Notes under the pieces: generated by a model
Databases searched by the model: none
What the model was told of the DNA's origin: nothing
The model's input: only the letters and a program-made list of their open reading frames with translations
Program-made: the position numbers and the translations under genes
Source: Gammaproteobacteria bacterium
GTDB lineage: Bacteria > Pseudomonadota > Gammaproteobacteria > Magnimaribacterales > TMED112
DNA length: 64,000 nucleotides
Direction: 5' to 3'
NCBI GenBank assembly: GCA_038133485.1
Contig: JAYPTH010000004.1
Location: 1,023-65,022 of the forward strand
Shown: piece after piece, positions 10,310-19,545 of the stretch
Layout: each line of letters begins with the position of its first letter
Position numbering within the stretch: position 1 is the stretch's first letter

Positions 10310-10714
10310 CTAACGCCAGATTTCTGGATTAAACAAATGTTGTTCCATTGTCTTTTGTATAACTTCAAGGCTTTTTTGTGGTCTTAATAAAACTTTCATC
10401 TCAACAAACTTTCCCTCTTGATTCCATTTAAAAGTATCGACACCATTTATTTCAACTCCATCAATGGTGCAATTGAATTCCAACATTGCATCCTGTTTTC
10501 CAATAATTTGTCTTGTATATTTAAAATTATCAGCATTCAAAAATGTTTTGCTTGCTGCAATGAGATATATAAAGCCCATATATTTATCTTTGGGTTTAAA
10601 TACTACAGGAGAATAAAAAAGGAATTTATCATCAAGAATATTAAATAGAAGTGAAAAATCTTTATTGTCTAAAGATTTATGCCACTGCATAACTGGATTA
10701 TTTGTTTCTTGCAT
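10310..10714 (-). CDS. SnoaL/NTF2-like protein
   Basis: FYSPVVFKP, LEF..IDG.EINGVD, GK..EMKVLLRP. Confidence 0.8.
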   Translation of the reverse strand: MQETNNPVMQWHKSLDNKDFSLLFNILDDKFLFYSPVVFKPKDKYMGFIYLIAASKTFLNADNFKYTRQIIGKQDAMLEFNCTIDGVEINGVDTFKWNQEGKFVEMKVLLRPQKSLEVIQKTMEQHLFNPEIWR

Positions 10715-11804
10715 ATTCCTCTACTTCACGCCATACCCTTGCAGTATTACCACCAAGAATTTTAGTAATATCATTTTTAGAGTATCCTCGAGAATGTAAT
10801 TCATCGATTAAATTTGGAAAATCAGAAACATCTTTAAGATTAATTGGTAATGTATCGCCTACCCCATCGTAATCTGAGCCAATTCCAACATGATCTACGC
10901 CCACTAATGTAACTGCTCTATCAAAATGATCTACCACTTGCTCTAAAGTTGCAAAAATATAATCTTCAGTAGCATTTGCATCATTGCTGCGTTGCTTATC
11001 AATAATAAAGCTAGAACCAAAATTAATCTGTAAAACCCCTCCATTTTCAGCTAATTTTATTAACATTTCATCTGAGACATTGCGTTCCCAGCCTGGTGTA
11101 AAATGTCTCATAGATGAATGGCTGGCTATAACAGGGGCTTTAGACAATTCCAGAACCTCAAAAAATGCATCATCTGAAACATGAGAAATGTCGATCATCA
11201 TTCCTACATTATTCATTTCCTCAACTAATTCTCTTCCGAAAGGACTTAAACCACCCCAACGTTTATTTTCATCATAAGAAGAATCAGAAATATGGTTACT
11301 CTCAGAATGAGCTAATGTGATATACCGTATACCTTTATCATAAAAATATTTAACTCTGTCTAGCTTACCTTCTAGGGGAGCACCATTTTCCATACCTAGC
11401 GCAATGCCAATTAGATTTTGCCCTGGAAGGTTTGCTAAGTATGTGGTTTGATCCAATAAGAAAAATTTATCAGGATTATTATCGATAACATCATTGATCA
11501 TAGCTATAAGTTCATTTGCCACCGTAAAACTTGTGCCTTCTCTTTCTGTCTGGGCTGGTAGATAAATAGAAAAGAAGGGAACATTTAAACCGCCAGATAG
11601 CGCCCTGTAGTAATCAAAATCAAATGTAGTTGTTTCTGATATATCTTCATATCTATTGTCTTGATCTAGTTGAGCTTTTAGTCGATAGGGAATGTCAATG
11701 TGAGTATCAATGATTAAATTTTCCTGAGCGAAATTTTTGGAATCAAATTCAGACGAACAATTAACTAAAATCGTTATAGCTAAGATCCTTATATAGTTAT
11801 TCAT
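10698..11804 (-). CDS. Membrane dipeptidase (peptidase M19), probable lipoprotein
   Basis: IDTHID, MENG, TLAH, DISH, ASHS, GSDYDG. Start moved to MNNYIRIL (8-nt overlap with the upstream gene). Confidence 0.9.
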   Translation of the reverse strand: MNNYIRILAITILVNCSSEFDSKNFAQENLIIDTHIDIPYRLKAQLDQDNRYEDISETTTFDFDYYRALSGGLNVPFFSIYLPAQTEREGTSFTVANELIAMINDVIDNNPDKFFLLDQTTYLANLPGQNLIGIALGMENGAPLEGKLDRVKYFYDKGIRYITLAHSESNHISDSSYDENKRWGGLSPFGRELVEEMNNVGMMIDISHVSDDAFFEVLELSKAPVIASHSSMRHFTPGWERNVSDEMLIKLAENGGVLQINFGSSFIIDKQRSNDANATEDYIFATLEQVVDHFDRAVTLVGVDHVGIGSDYDGVGDTLPINLKDVSDFPNLIDELHSRGYSKNDITKILGGNTARVWREVEEYARNK

Positions 11805-12588
11805 ATCTGCCACCTGCAATTTTATTTCCAATGAAGCGAATAAATGGTTTTGGTAAATACCCTAGGCCGCTAACTAGGAATCTATATATTGCGCCCGGGA
11901 TAACAACTTCTTTATTTTTAAACATACCAGTTATACCTTCTTTGGCAACTTGGTCTGCAGAGAGTTTCATGAATTTTGGTACCTTATCCATCCTGTCTTG
12001 AGTGCCACTAACTGAATGAAATTCTGTAACTGTAAATCCAGGACACAAAGCTGTAGCAAAAATATTATTTTTGTTATAAGCAACATTCAAAGCTTCCACA
12101 AATCGATTCATAAATGTTTTTACAGGGCCATATAGAAATGCAAATTCACCACTTGGTGGGGCATACCCAGCTACTGAGGAAACAACCATAATTTTTCCAC
12201 CACCTCTGTTTTTGAGATGCTTGATAAAAAGCTTTGATTGCATAATGACTGAAAGCCCCAAGACTCTTAAGCAATCTTCCTCGTCAGAAATTGAGACTTC
12301 TTCAAAAGTTCTATGATGTTGGTATCCAGCATTTAAAATTAATAATTCTATATCTAAGGCTTTACTTACGGTGAAATCATAAATTCTTTCTGGCGCTTGG
12401 CTATTAGTTAGATCTTCTACAATAAATAGAACTTCAACATTAAATTTGTCTTTAATATCTTCAGAAATTTGAATTAGTCGATCTTCTCTTCTAGCAACTA
12501 GTAGTAAATTATAGCCTTTCTCAGCTAGTTGATATGCTAGCGCTTTACCAATGCCAGCAGTTGGTCCTGTAATTAATGCATAACTCAT
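11797..12588 (-). CDS. Short-chain dehydrogenase/reductase
   Basis: LITGPTAGIG, NAG, SS, YGPVK, LCPGFT. Confidence 0.9.
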   Translation of the reverse strand: MSYALITGPTAGIGKALAYQLAEKGYNLLLVARREDRLIQISEDIKDKFNVEVLFIVEDLTNSQAPERIYDFTVSKALDIELLILNAGYQHHRTFEEVSISDEEDCLRVLGLSVIMQSKLFIKHLKNRGGGKIMVVSSVAGYAPPSGEFAFLYGPVKTFMNRFVEALNVAYNKNNIFATALCPGFTVTEFHSVSGTQDRMDKVPKFMKLSADQVAKEGITGMFKNKEVVIPGAIYRFLVSGLGYLPKPFIRFIGNKIAGGRYE

Positions 12589-12806
12589 AAATAATCTCCA
12601 TCTATTTACAATTATAAAATTAATTTTTCAAAATAAGGATAATATATGTGCTTGTTTATTAATCAGTCTGCCTATTTTTTAATCAATGAAAATATCGAAA
12701 ATATTTTGAAGATAATTTATTTTAAATATTTTTTGGTGTAAAACTATTATTTTTAAAGGGTTTTCAGACATCATAAAAAAAAGTACTATTTTTTTTAACA
12801 ATATGC

Positions 12807-12835
12807 TTGCAAACAGAAAAACACTTTTATAAAGT
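12807..12835 (+). promoter_or_regulatory. Sigma70 promoter for the downstream ncRNA
   Basis: TTGCAA (12807-12812), 17-bp spacer, TAAAGT (12830-12835); A/T tracts upstream resemble an UP element. Confidence 0.65.
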
Positions 12836-12841
12836 AGATCT

Positions 12842-13066
12842 TACCTCGCGGTAACAGACTGAAAAGGGAACTGCAGAACCCAAACCAGAAAGAAACCACA
12901 GGCAGAGAACAGAAAGGTGAAAGTTCAAGCAAGCTTAGCCGGCAAACAAGCAAACTTGACCACCAAGGATAAAAGAGATCTTATCCAAGGATGCAAAAGA
13001 TAATCTCACTTTTGACACCTACTGATCTCGAACTTAAAGAAAACTGAGCTTGCTCAGTTTTTTTTT
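12842..13066 (+). ncRNA. Structured non-coding RNA, ~225 nt, family unassigned
   Basis: Flanked by a promoter and an intrinsic terminator; five nested helical regions found by eye with A-rich unpaired segments; no credible ORF. Confidence 0.8.
13040..13066 (+). terminator. Rho-independent terminator
   Basis: Inverted repeat AAAACTGAG-CTTG-CTCAGTTTT running into a 9-T tract. Confidence 0.9.
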
Positions 13067-13092
13067 GTCTCAAAAATCATTACAATCCAACA

Positions 13093-13908
13093 GTGAAAGT
13101 TTTCTATTTAGGTCCAGAAGGCACAAACTCTAATTTAGCAGCTCTTGAAATATTTCCTGGAGATTTTTCTTATGTTCCTCTACCCTCAATTGAAGATATA
13201 TTTCAGAAAGTAGCACTAAGTCATTCTTACTATGGAGTTATACCATTTGAAAACTCTTATCAAGGCGTAATTAATTCGTCCTTAAATTGCCTTATTGACT
13301 ATGATTTAAAGATTGTAAAGGAATTAAATTTTGCTATTAGCCATTCATTTTGTTCATTAAATAAAAGTCTCGATAAATTGAATGTATCAAAAATTGCCAG
13401 TCACCCCCAAGTTCTAGGTCAATGCAGTAGTTGGTTAAATAAAAATTACCCTAATGCTGAAAAAATTGTATGCACTAGTACAGCAGAAGCTGCAAAATTA
13501 GCAAGTCATAGTAATGAGATTTTCTGTATCGCTAATGAATATGCAATAAAACTTTTCAATCTCTATTCACATGAAAAAGATATTCAAGATTCTGCAACCA
13601 ACTCAACACGTTTTTTAGTGATTGGTAAAATGATTGAAGAAAGCTCAGAAAAAAATAAAACTTCAATAATGATTAATATTGCTGATACTCCTGGATCACT
13701 TATTAAAATTTTACAGCCATTTGCTGAGCTCGGTATTAACATGACAAGAATTGAAACAAGACCATCCAGAAATAATCAATATCTGCATACCTTTTTTATA
13801 GATTTTGAAGGCTGGTTTGAAGACAGCAAGGTCCAAGAACTATTAATTAATCTAGAAAATATATCTGAAGAACTAAGGGTAATAGGTTCTTACCCGGTGC
13901 AGTCTTAA
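13093..13908 (+). CDS. pheA: Prephenate dehydratase (PDT+ACT, no chorismate mutase domain)
   Basis: YLGPEGT, PFENS, SHPQ, NSTRF, PGSL, IETRPS, FFIDFEG, GSYP. Confidence 0.92.
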   Translation: MKVFYLGPEGTNSNLAALEIFPGDFSYVPLPSIEDIFQKVALSHSYYGVIPFENSYQGVINSSLNCLIDYDLKIVKELNFAISHSFCSLNKSLDKLNVSKIASHPQVLGQCSSWLNKNYPNAEKIVCTSTAEAAKLASHSNEIFCIANEYAIKLFNLYSHEKDIQDSATNSTRFLVIGKMIEESSEKNKTSIMINIADTPGSLIKILQPFAELGINMTRIETRPSRNNQYLHTFFIDFEGWFEDSKVQELLINLENISEELRVIGSYPVQS

Positions 13909-14861
13909 CTATTTGCTTCAAGGTGTTCCACTAAGGGAACGCTAAACTCATTTAAAATTTTTTGGCTTAATAGGTGGCCCATAGTTTCAACCTCTATAAA
14001 ATTACTATTTCTAATCAATTCTTGGGTTCTTCTGCCCTCAGATATTGGGATAAGTGGATCTTTTGTACCATGAATAATTAATGTGGGTGTAGTGATGTAT
14101 TGAATATTATTAATGCGATCACGATCAGCAATAATAGCTAATAACTGTCTAGAAAATCCTGAATCATTTGGACTTCTATTGATATTCTCTTTGACTCCAT
14201 TTCGAAATTGTGGGGTATCGAAATTATCTTCCCCTGCACTTAGAAGTGTATAGATTTCAACAGCTCTATCAATTCTTTCATTTTCGTTTAATGGTTGACC
14301 TGCCCTATTTCGTAATAACTGGCCTAATCGACCTTTAGGAGCTGTGCTTGCATCAGGAGCTTTTGCCATAGATGCTATTTGCGTAAAAGAATAAAACCTC
14401 TCAGGATTATTTATCAGAACATGTTGTGAAATCATGCCTCCCATTGACATGCCAATTAAGTGGGATTTTTTTATATTTAGTTCATCTAATATAGCTATTA
14501 TGTCGTCAGACATGTCGTCAAGAGAATATGGAGTCTTTATGGGAAGATTAAGATAAAATTTAATGTAGTTTAGTAAGACATTTGGTGTACCAGAAGATTC
14601 AAAACTGGTTGATAAGCCGACATCTCTATTATCAAAAATGATTGGTCTGTAACCGTTCTGTTGTAGATGGTTTAAAAGATAATCAGGCCAAAATGTTAGC
14701 TGGCCACCTAAACCCATCACAAGTATGACAGGCGTATTCTCCTGAGGGCCTAAATCTCTATAGAATATTTCTACCTCACCGTTTTTAGCAAAACCTTCAT
14801 TTGCTGAAAAAAGGTGAGTTGATAAAAGAAGACAAAATAGAAATTTAATCACCTTTCTCAC
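13905..14861 (-). CDS. Exported alpha/beta hydrolase
   Basis: Signal peptide; FDNRDVGLS, GMSMGG nucleophile elbow, HGTKDPLIP, MGH. Confidence 0.9.
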   Translation of the reverse strand: MRKVIKFLFCLLLSTHLFSANEGFAKNGEVEIFYRDLGPQENTPVILVMGLGGQLTFWPDYLLNHLQQNGYRPIIFDNRDVGLSTSFESSGTPNVLLNYIKFYLNLPIKTPYSLDDMSDDIIAILDELNIKKSHLIGMSMGGMISQHVLINNPERFYSFTQIASMAKAPDASTAPKGRLGQLLRNRAGQPLNENERIDRAVEIYTLLSAGEDNFDTPQFRNGVKENINRSPNDSGFSRQLLAIIADRDRINNIQYITTPTLIIHGTKDPLIPISEGRRTQELIRNSNFIEVETMGHLLSQKILNEFSVPLVEHLEANS

Positions 14862-14868
14862 GATTATT

Positions 14869-15213
14869 TTATTTAATAAGATCGAATATCTTCTCGTCTA
14901 TATTTCGTAAAAAACTATAGATTGTTACTAGAATAAGTGACAGACAGATAGGGTACATGTAAGTTTCAATAAACATTAAGGGCTCGGTAAAAATTTGATG
15001 AAAATTGCTAATAAGAGAAAATACTAATTCATGATTTAATGCACCAATCACAGTGAATACAAGAAAAAACATTAAATCGAGGATTCCAATAGATGCAGAC
15101 GTCTTAATAGTCGATAACATTACTATGTATTTAGCAAGAAGTTGGCTATTTTTTACCTGGTAGTTTTGCAACTTCTCTGCCTCGATGGCTTCTTTTAATC
15201 GTTTACTTATCAT
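14869..15213 (-). CDS. Small two-TM membrane protein, possible anti-sigma factor
   Basis: Two hydrophobic segments; overlaps the stop codon of the ECF sigma gene. Confidence 0.55.
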   Translation of the reverse strand: MISKRLKEAIEAEKLQNYQVKNSQLLAKYIVMLSTIKTSASIGILDLMFFLVFTVIGALNHELVFSLISNFHQIFTEPLMFIETYMYPICLSLILVTIYSFLRNIDEKIFDLIK

Positions 15214-15704
15214 TTTAATTTATCCACAGAGCGTTTAATAACTGACTTAACGGTATTCAAATTCATATTTAAAACTTTAGCAATATCAGCATTCTTATAG
15301 TCATAAATATATTTCATGGTCAAAATTGTTCTCTCTTCAGTTGAAAGAATGCTTATTATTTTATAAAAATCTCTGTCGCTAGAACTCTTATCATCACTTG
15401 CAACATGTTCCATATTTTCTTCTAAGTTATATTTAGAGTTTTTTTTAAATTCTGTACGAAAACAATTAATAGCAATAGTTGCTAACCAGCTCCGAAATTC
15501 CTTTGATGGATCATATGATTTTAAGTAAGAAATAGCTCTAAGAAACGTTGATTGCGTTAAATCCTCAGAAAACATTTTATTGCCAGCGGTAAGACGCATC
15601 ATAAATCCATAAATATAATTTGAGTGTCTCTTAACAAGTTCTGAAAAATGTTCATTACCTTCTTTTAAACATTTTTCTACTATCTCCTGATCTGTGGTCA
15701 TCAA
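15210..15704 (-). CDS. ECF RNA polymerase sigma factor
   Basis: EDLTQSTFLRA, FRSWLATIAIN (region 2); DIAKVLNMNLNTVKS (region 4). Confidence 0.92.
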   Translation of the reverse strand: MMTTDQEIVEKCLKEGNEHFSELVKRHSNYIYGFMMRLTAGNKMFSEDLTQSTFLRAISYLKSYDPSKEFRSWLATIAINCFRTEFKKNSKYNLEENMEHVASDDKSSSDRDFYKIISILSTEERTILTMKYIYDYKNADIAKVLNMNLNTVKSVIKRSVDKLK

Positions 15705-16243
15705 ACATTCGTTGAGTTACCCTGTTTAGTAATGCGATTACCAATAAAATCAGCCAGACCAATGAAAAAAATAAGTGAACCAATGCCTGAAAGTGGGTTG
15801 AATAAATCGCCAAATAAAAGAAGGCCAAAAAATATTAATCCAAGCCCGGTTCCAGTAGTAATAAATCCTTGATTAGTATTTTTTTTCTTTTCTTTTTCAT
15901 ATCCAGGAAGTGATTTGATTACTTCTAAAGTGAGCTCTTGGCCATTATTGAGCGCTGTTTGCAAGGTTTCATGAACAAGCTTTGCTCTTCTATTCTTAAA
16001 TATATTCACTATCAGCACTAACCAAATTGGGAGACCAAAAAAAATTATCACAAAAAATAATCCTGTTAGACGTCCTAGATAAGTGCCTCTATCCCATGGT
16101 GCATTTGAGGAGATGTCATTGCTGTTTGGGGAGATGCTATCTATGCTTGCTTGAACATAAACACCGATAGAGTGTATGAAGTAATTTATTGAATCAGATA
16201 TAAATTGACCCAAAAGAAGTATTAAATCGCTTAAAGTTTCCAT
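15701..16243 (-). CDS. Membrane protein upstream of the ECF sigma (DUF6249-like)
   Basis: TM helix, HET...AL..GQEL, then two Gly-rich TM helices; context is typical of such proteins. Confidence 0.6.
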   Translation of the reverse strand: METLSDLILLLGQFISDSINYFIHSIGVYVQASIDSISPNSNDISSNAPWDRGTYLGRLTGLFFVIIFFGLPIWLVLIVNIFKNRRAKLVHETLQTALNNGQELTLEVIKSLPGYEKEKKKNTNQGFITTGTGLGLIFFGLLLFGDLFNPLSGIGSLIFFIGLADFIGNRITKQGNSTNV

Positions 16244-16279
16244 CTATCAAATATACTAACAGTTGATTTAAATAGTTGC

Positions 16280-17071
16280 ATGTTCAAAGATTTTTTTTTA
16301 GAAGATATTCAGCTTAGACAAGACTTTGAAACTCCTTCAAATAAATATGACTATGGCAAAGTCTTAATAATTGGAGGTAATGATTTATATGGTGGTGCTG
16401 TTTTATTAGCAATTGAGGCAGCACTTAAATCTGGATCTGGAATTGTTTATGTGCATACAAAAAATAAATATATTCCAGAAATATTAACAAAATACCCCTC
16501 TGTAATCTGTCTGTCTGAATTATCTCAAATAAATAAATATGATGATTTAACCGTGGTTGCTGGACCAGGGACGGATGAATCATTTGCTGATGACAAGATA
16601 ATTAATTTTTTATCACTCGATTTTAAGAATGTAATTCTTGATGCAGGCTTTATTGGTTTAGTGAAAAAGGTTAATTTTTCAAAACCGCCTATTATCACTC
16701 CACACTCAGGAGAAGCATCAAAACTTATTGATATAACAGCACAAGAAATTAATACAAATAGGCAAAAGACAGCTCAAATCATTTCAGAGAGGTTTAATTG
16801 TATAACTGTCTTAAAAGGCCCTAATACATTAATTTCATATGGAACTACATATTTACGTTCAAAAAATGGCAACAATATTCTTGCTACAGCCGGTACAGGA
16901 GATATTTTAGCGGGATTAATAGGTAGTCTTTGCGCTCAAGGGTCTAATCAATTAGAAAGCATCAAATTAGCCGTGGCAGTGCATGGTAAATGTGCTGAAG
17001 AATTTGGCAAGAGAGGGATTTTAGGAACTGAGTTAATAGACTTAATTAGAATTAAATTGTCTCAGTTATAA
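16280..17071 (+). CDS. nnrD: ADP-dependent NAD(P)H-hydrate dehydratase
   Basis: KYDYGKVLIIGG, GPG, LDAG, TPHSGEA, LKG, LATAGTGDILAG. Confidence 0.9.
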   Translation: MFKDFFLEDIQLRQDFETPSNKYDYGKVLIIGGNDLYGGAVLLAIEAALKSGSGIVYVHTKNKYIPEILTKYPSVICLSELSQINKYDDLTVVAGPGTDESFADDKIINFLSLDFKNVILDAGFIGLVKKVNFSKPPIITPHSGEASKLIDITAQEINTNRQKTAQIISERFNCITVLKGPNTLISYGTTYLRSKNGNNILATAGTGDILAGLIGSLCAQGSNQLESIKLAVAVHGKCAEEFGKRGILGTELIDLIRIKLSQL

Positions 17072-17931
17072 AATTTTCTCCATAAATTTAGACCAAATAT
17101 CAATGATAAAAACCAAAGTAAAAGCTCAACGTAATTTGGATTTGAATTGTAACCGAAAAAGCCTTTAGCAAACTCACCTACATAACCTGAGTCATGTAAT
17201 GGATGGTAATAAAGATCTTTAGTTTTATCGTATCTAACCAAAAAATCATTTTCTGGTTTATCAGCTGTTGGCTGCAAGATATCCCAAGGACGGGATATCT
17301 GTTCTTTTTCAAGGTAACCAGATTTTTCTAAATATTCTTCAGCCTCATGAGTGCCATAAGCTATCATGCCTGATGCTAATAAAACTAATAGAAGTGTTGT
17401 TCCTTTAAAGAATGGTTTCAAGTTTATTCTCTTTCCTAAAACAACTACTAGGTAACCAATATAAAGTGCCAAGAGTGCCCCTAAAACAAACCCGACAATT
17501 GAAAATCCATCGCCTCTATCTTGAGCAAGCAACATTACAACTGTTTCAAAACCTTCCCGAAGTATCGAAAAGAATACAACCCAGAAAACACCCCAAGATG
17601 ACATTTTAAGTGCTTGTTCTGTTTTAGATTCAAGATCCTTTCGATCAGAAACATGCTTGGAAAGCCAAAATACCACATACCAAATTAATCCTGCAGCTGC
17701 ATACATGAATAACGCTTCAAATAGTTTTTCATAGCGAGTGTCACCTGCAATTGATTTTAGATAAACGACAATAAATGCTACTACAATACTAGCTAACACT
17801 GAGGCGCCAACTCCCAGCCACAACTTTGAAATTGCTTCACTTAAATTTGAACGAGATAAGAAGCTATATATTATGCCAACAATTAAAGACGCTTCCAGGC
17901 ATTCTCTAAATACTATTATGAATTCGTTCAT
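17062..17931 (-). CDS. FTR1/EfeU-family iron permease
   Basis: Two RExxE motifs (FRECLEA, LREGFET), multiple TM helices, Fur box upstream. Confidence 0.9.
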   Translation of the reverse strand: MNEFIIVFRECLEASLIVGIIYSFLSRSNLSEAISKLWLGVGASVLASIVVAFIVVYLKSIAGDTRYEKLFEALFMYAAAGLIWYVVFWLSKHVSDRKDLESKTEQALKMSSWGVFWVVFFSILREGFETVVMLLAQDRGDGFSIVGFVLGALLALYIGYLVVVLGKRINLKPFFKGTTLLLVLLASGMIAYGTHEAEEYLEKSGYLEKEQISRPWDILQPTADKPENDFLVRYDKTKDLYYHPLHDSGYVGEFAKGFFGYNSNPNYVELLLWFLSLIFGLNLWRKFYN

Positions 17932-17944
17932 TGTTAAGAAATAT

Positions 17945-17965
17945 TAATGAGAATGATTCTCATTA
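17945..17965. promoter_or_regulatory. Fur box
   Basis: Perfect palindrome TAATGAGAAT-G-ATTCTCATTA 13 bp from the FTR1 start codon. Confidence 0.9.
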
Positions 17966-17990
17966 GCAATGAAAATAGTTCAAATTATAG

Positions 17991-18953
17991 CTACTTTATA
18001 GTTATTGATTCTTGAGTAAGGTTATTTAGATAAAATGGTTGGCCTGGTTGAGAAGTTGAGAAAATAACTTCATCAGAAATCAACTTTTCAATTAATTCAG
18101 GAGGTTCATATAAATCTTCTTTTGATAAAAAGAATGTTCCCCAATGAATGCCATATGCATATTTAACATTAAGATCATTATAAATTTGTACAGCTTCTTC
18201 AGGATTAACATGATGTTCCATTTCTATTTCCCGCGGTGCATATGAACCAATTGGAATAAATGCCACATCAAGATTTTGCATAAAGTCTGGAAAATCTATA
18301 AATCTGTTGTCGTAGGCAGTATCGCCAAAATGTGCTGAAGAATAGCTATTTGATGAAACATACCAGCCGCCCCAAAGGCTTACTTTTTTGTCAAATAGAC
18401 CACGAGCTGACCAGTGCTTAACTGGGAAAAAAACAATACGAATGTCTTGATCTATTTCTTCATCCCACCAATTAAATTCTTTCACATTGATTAAGCCTTT
18501 ACTGTTTAATAGTTTTCGATCACCCAAAGGAACATAGAACACAATTTCTTGATTTCTTTCCTGAAGTGATTGCAAGCTTGGAATATCAAGATGATCGTAA
18601 TGGTTATGAGATATAAAAACCTTATCAATTTTAGGTAGATCTTTAATTTCAATTGAAGGGGGGATAATTCGTTTTGGGCCGATAAATGAAAATGGAGATG
18701 ACCTTTCTGAAAAAATTGGGTCAAATAAAATATTAACTCCTTCTAGATTCATATATATTGTTGCGTGCCCTATCCAAGTAAATGAATTAGTAAAACTCTC
18801 TTCATTTGTCCATGCCTTAGATATGCCAATATTTTCTCCATCACCTCTTGAATCAAGGGTGTTTAATAATGATTTAAATTCACTGAAGGTATAAATAAAT
18901 AAGGCTATAAATAAGACAGCTATAAAGTACCAGACATATTTAAATATTTTCAT
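17991..18953 (-). CDS. MBL-fold metallohydrolase (NAPE-PLD/RomA-like)
   Basis: TWIGHA, DPIFS, SHNHYDHLD, HWSAR, GDT, PIGSY, IHWGTF. Confidence 0.9.
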   Translation of the reverse strand: MKIFKYVWYFIAVLFIALFIYTFSEFKSLLNTLDSRGDGENIGISKAWTNEESFTNSFTWIGHATIYMNLEGVNILFDPIFSERSSPFSFIGPKRIIPPSIEIKDLPKIDKVFISHNHYDHLDIPSLQSLQERNQEIVFYVPLGDRKLLNSKGLINVKEFNWWDEEIDQDIRIVFFPVKHWSARGLFDKKVSLWGGWYVSSNSYSSAHFGDTAYDNRFIDFPDFMQNLDVAFIPIGSYAPREIEMEHHVNPEEAVQIYNDLNVKYAYGIHWGTFFLSKEDLYEPPELIEKLISDEVIFSTSQPGQPFYLNNLTQESITIK

Positions 18954-19023
18954 CTCGATAAGATTAGGTAATTTATAGATAAATTTAAAGTCTTTTCATA
19001 AACTGTTACTTAAGATTCATATT

Positions 19024-19545
19024 ATGAGAAGAATAGTCACAGGTCATAATGAAAAAGGCAGATCAATCGTAGTTAGTGATGGACCTCCACCAAAATCTAT
19101 TGGAGAAGAAGTGGGTGGTTTATTTGAACTATGGAGCACAGATGCTGGTGATGTAGATTCCTCGGAAAAATCAGATAATGCTGATACTGAAATTTTGTTG
19201 TGCCCCACTAAAGGCGGCACAAAATTTAGGTATTTTCAAATCAACCCCTTACCAGAAGGAGTGCCACTTGATCTTATGAATCAAATTGCTCACGAAAACT
19301 TTTCCCAAGTAGGCGCTGCACATACAAGAGTAGATACCGCTAAACATCCTGCTATGCATAAGACTGAAACTATAGACTATATTATTTTACTTAAGGGGGA
19401 AGTTACTCTTATCCTTGATGAGGATGAAATTGATTTAAAACCTTTTGATGTCGTTGTACAAAGAGGCACAAACCATGCTTGGCAATGCAAGGGCAATGAA
19501 CCAGCACTATTTATAGCTGTCTTAATAGATAAGAAAATTTTGTGA
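19024..19545 (+). CDS. Cupin domain protein
   Basis: MRRIVTGH, MHKTETIDY, DVVVQRGTNHAW. Confidence 0.88.
   Translation: MRRIVTGHNEKGRSIVVSDGPPPKSIGEEVGGLFELWSTDAGDVDSSEKSDNADTEILLCPTKGGTKFRYFQINPLPEGVPLDLMNQIAHENFSQVGAAHTRVDTAKHPAMHKTETIDYIILLKGEVTLILDEDEIDLKPFDVVVQRGTNHAWQCKGNEPALFIAVLIDKKIL

Noticed and set aside
12698-12796. AT-rich inverted repeats upstream of the ncRNA promoter as regulator sites
   Set aside because: Almost pure A/T, expected by chance at this composition, and they match no operator I recognise.
12842-13066. CsrB/RsmY-type sRNA, 6S, tmRNA, RNase P or SRP
   Set aside because: Only three GGA motifs, mostly in stems; no tRNA-like ends, no RNase P or SRP signature, and not a single rod with a central bubble.
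12803-13092. pheA attenuator, leader peptide or T-box
   Set aside because: The short ORFs here (MLANRKTLL; MQKIISLLTPTDLELKEN) contain no Phe, no T-box motif is visible, and pheA has its own -10 (TACAAT) after the terminator.
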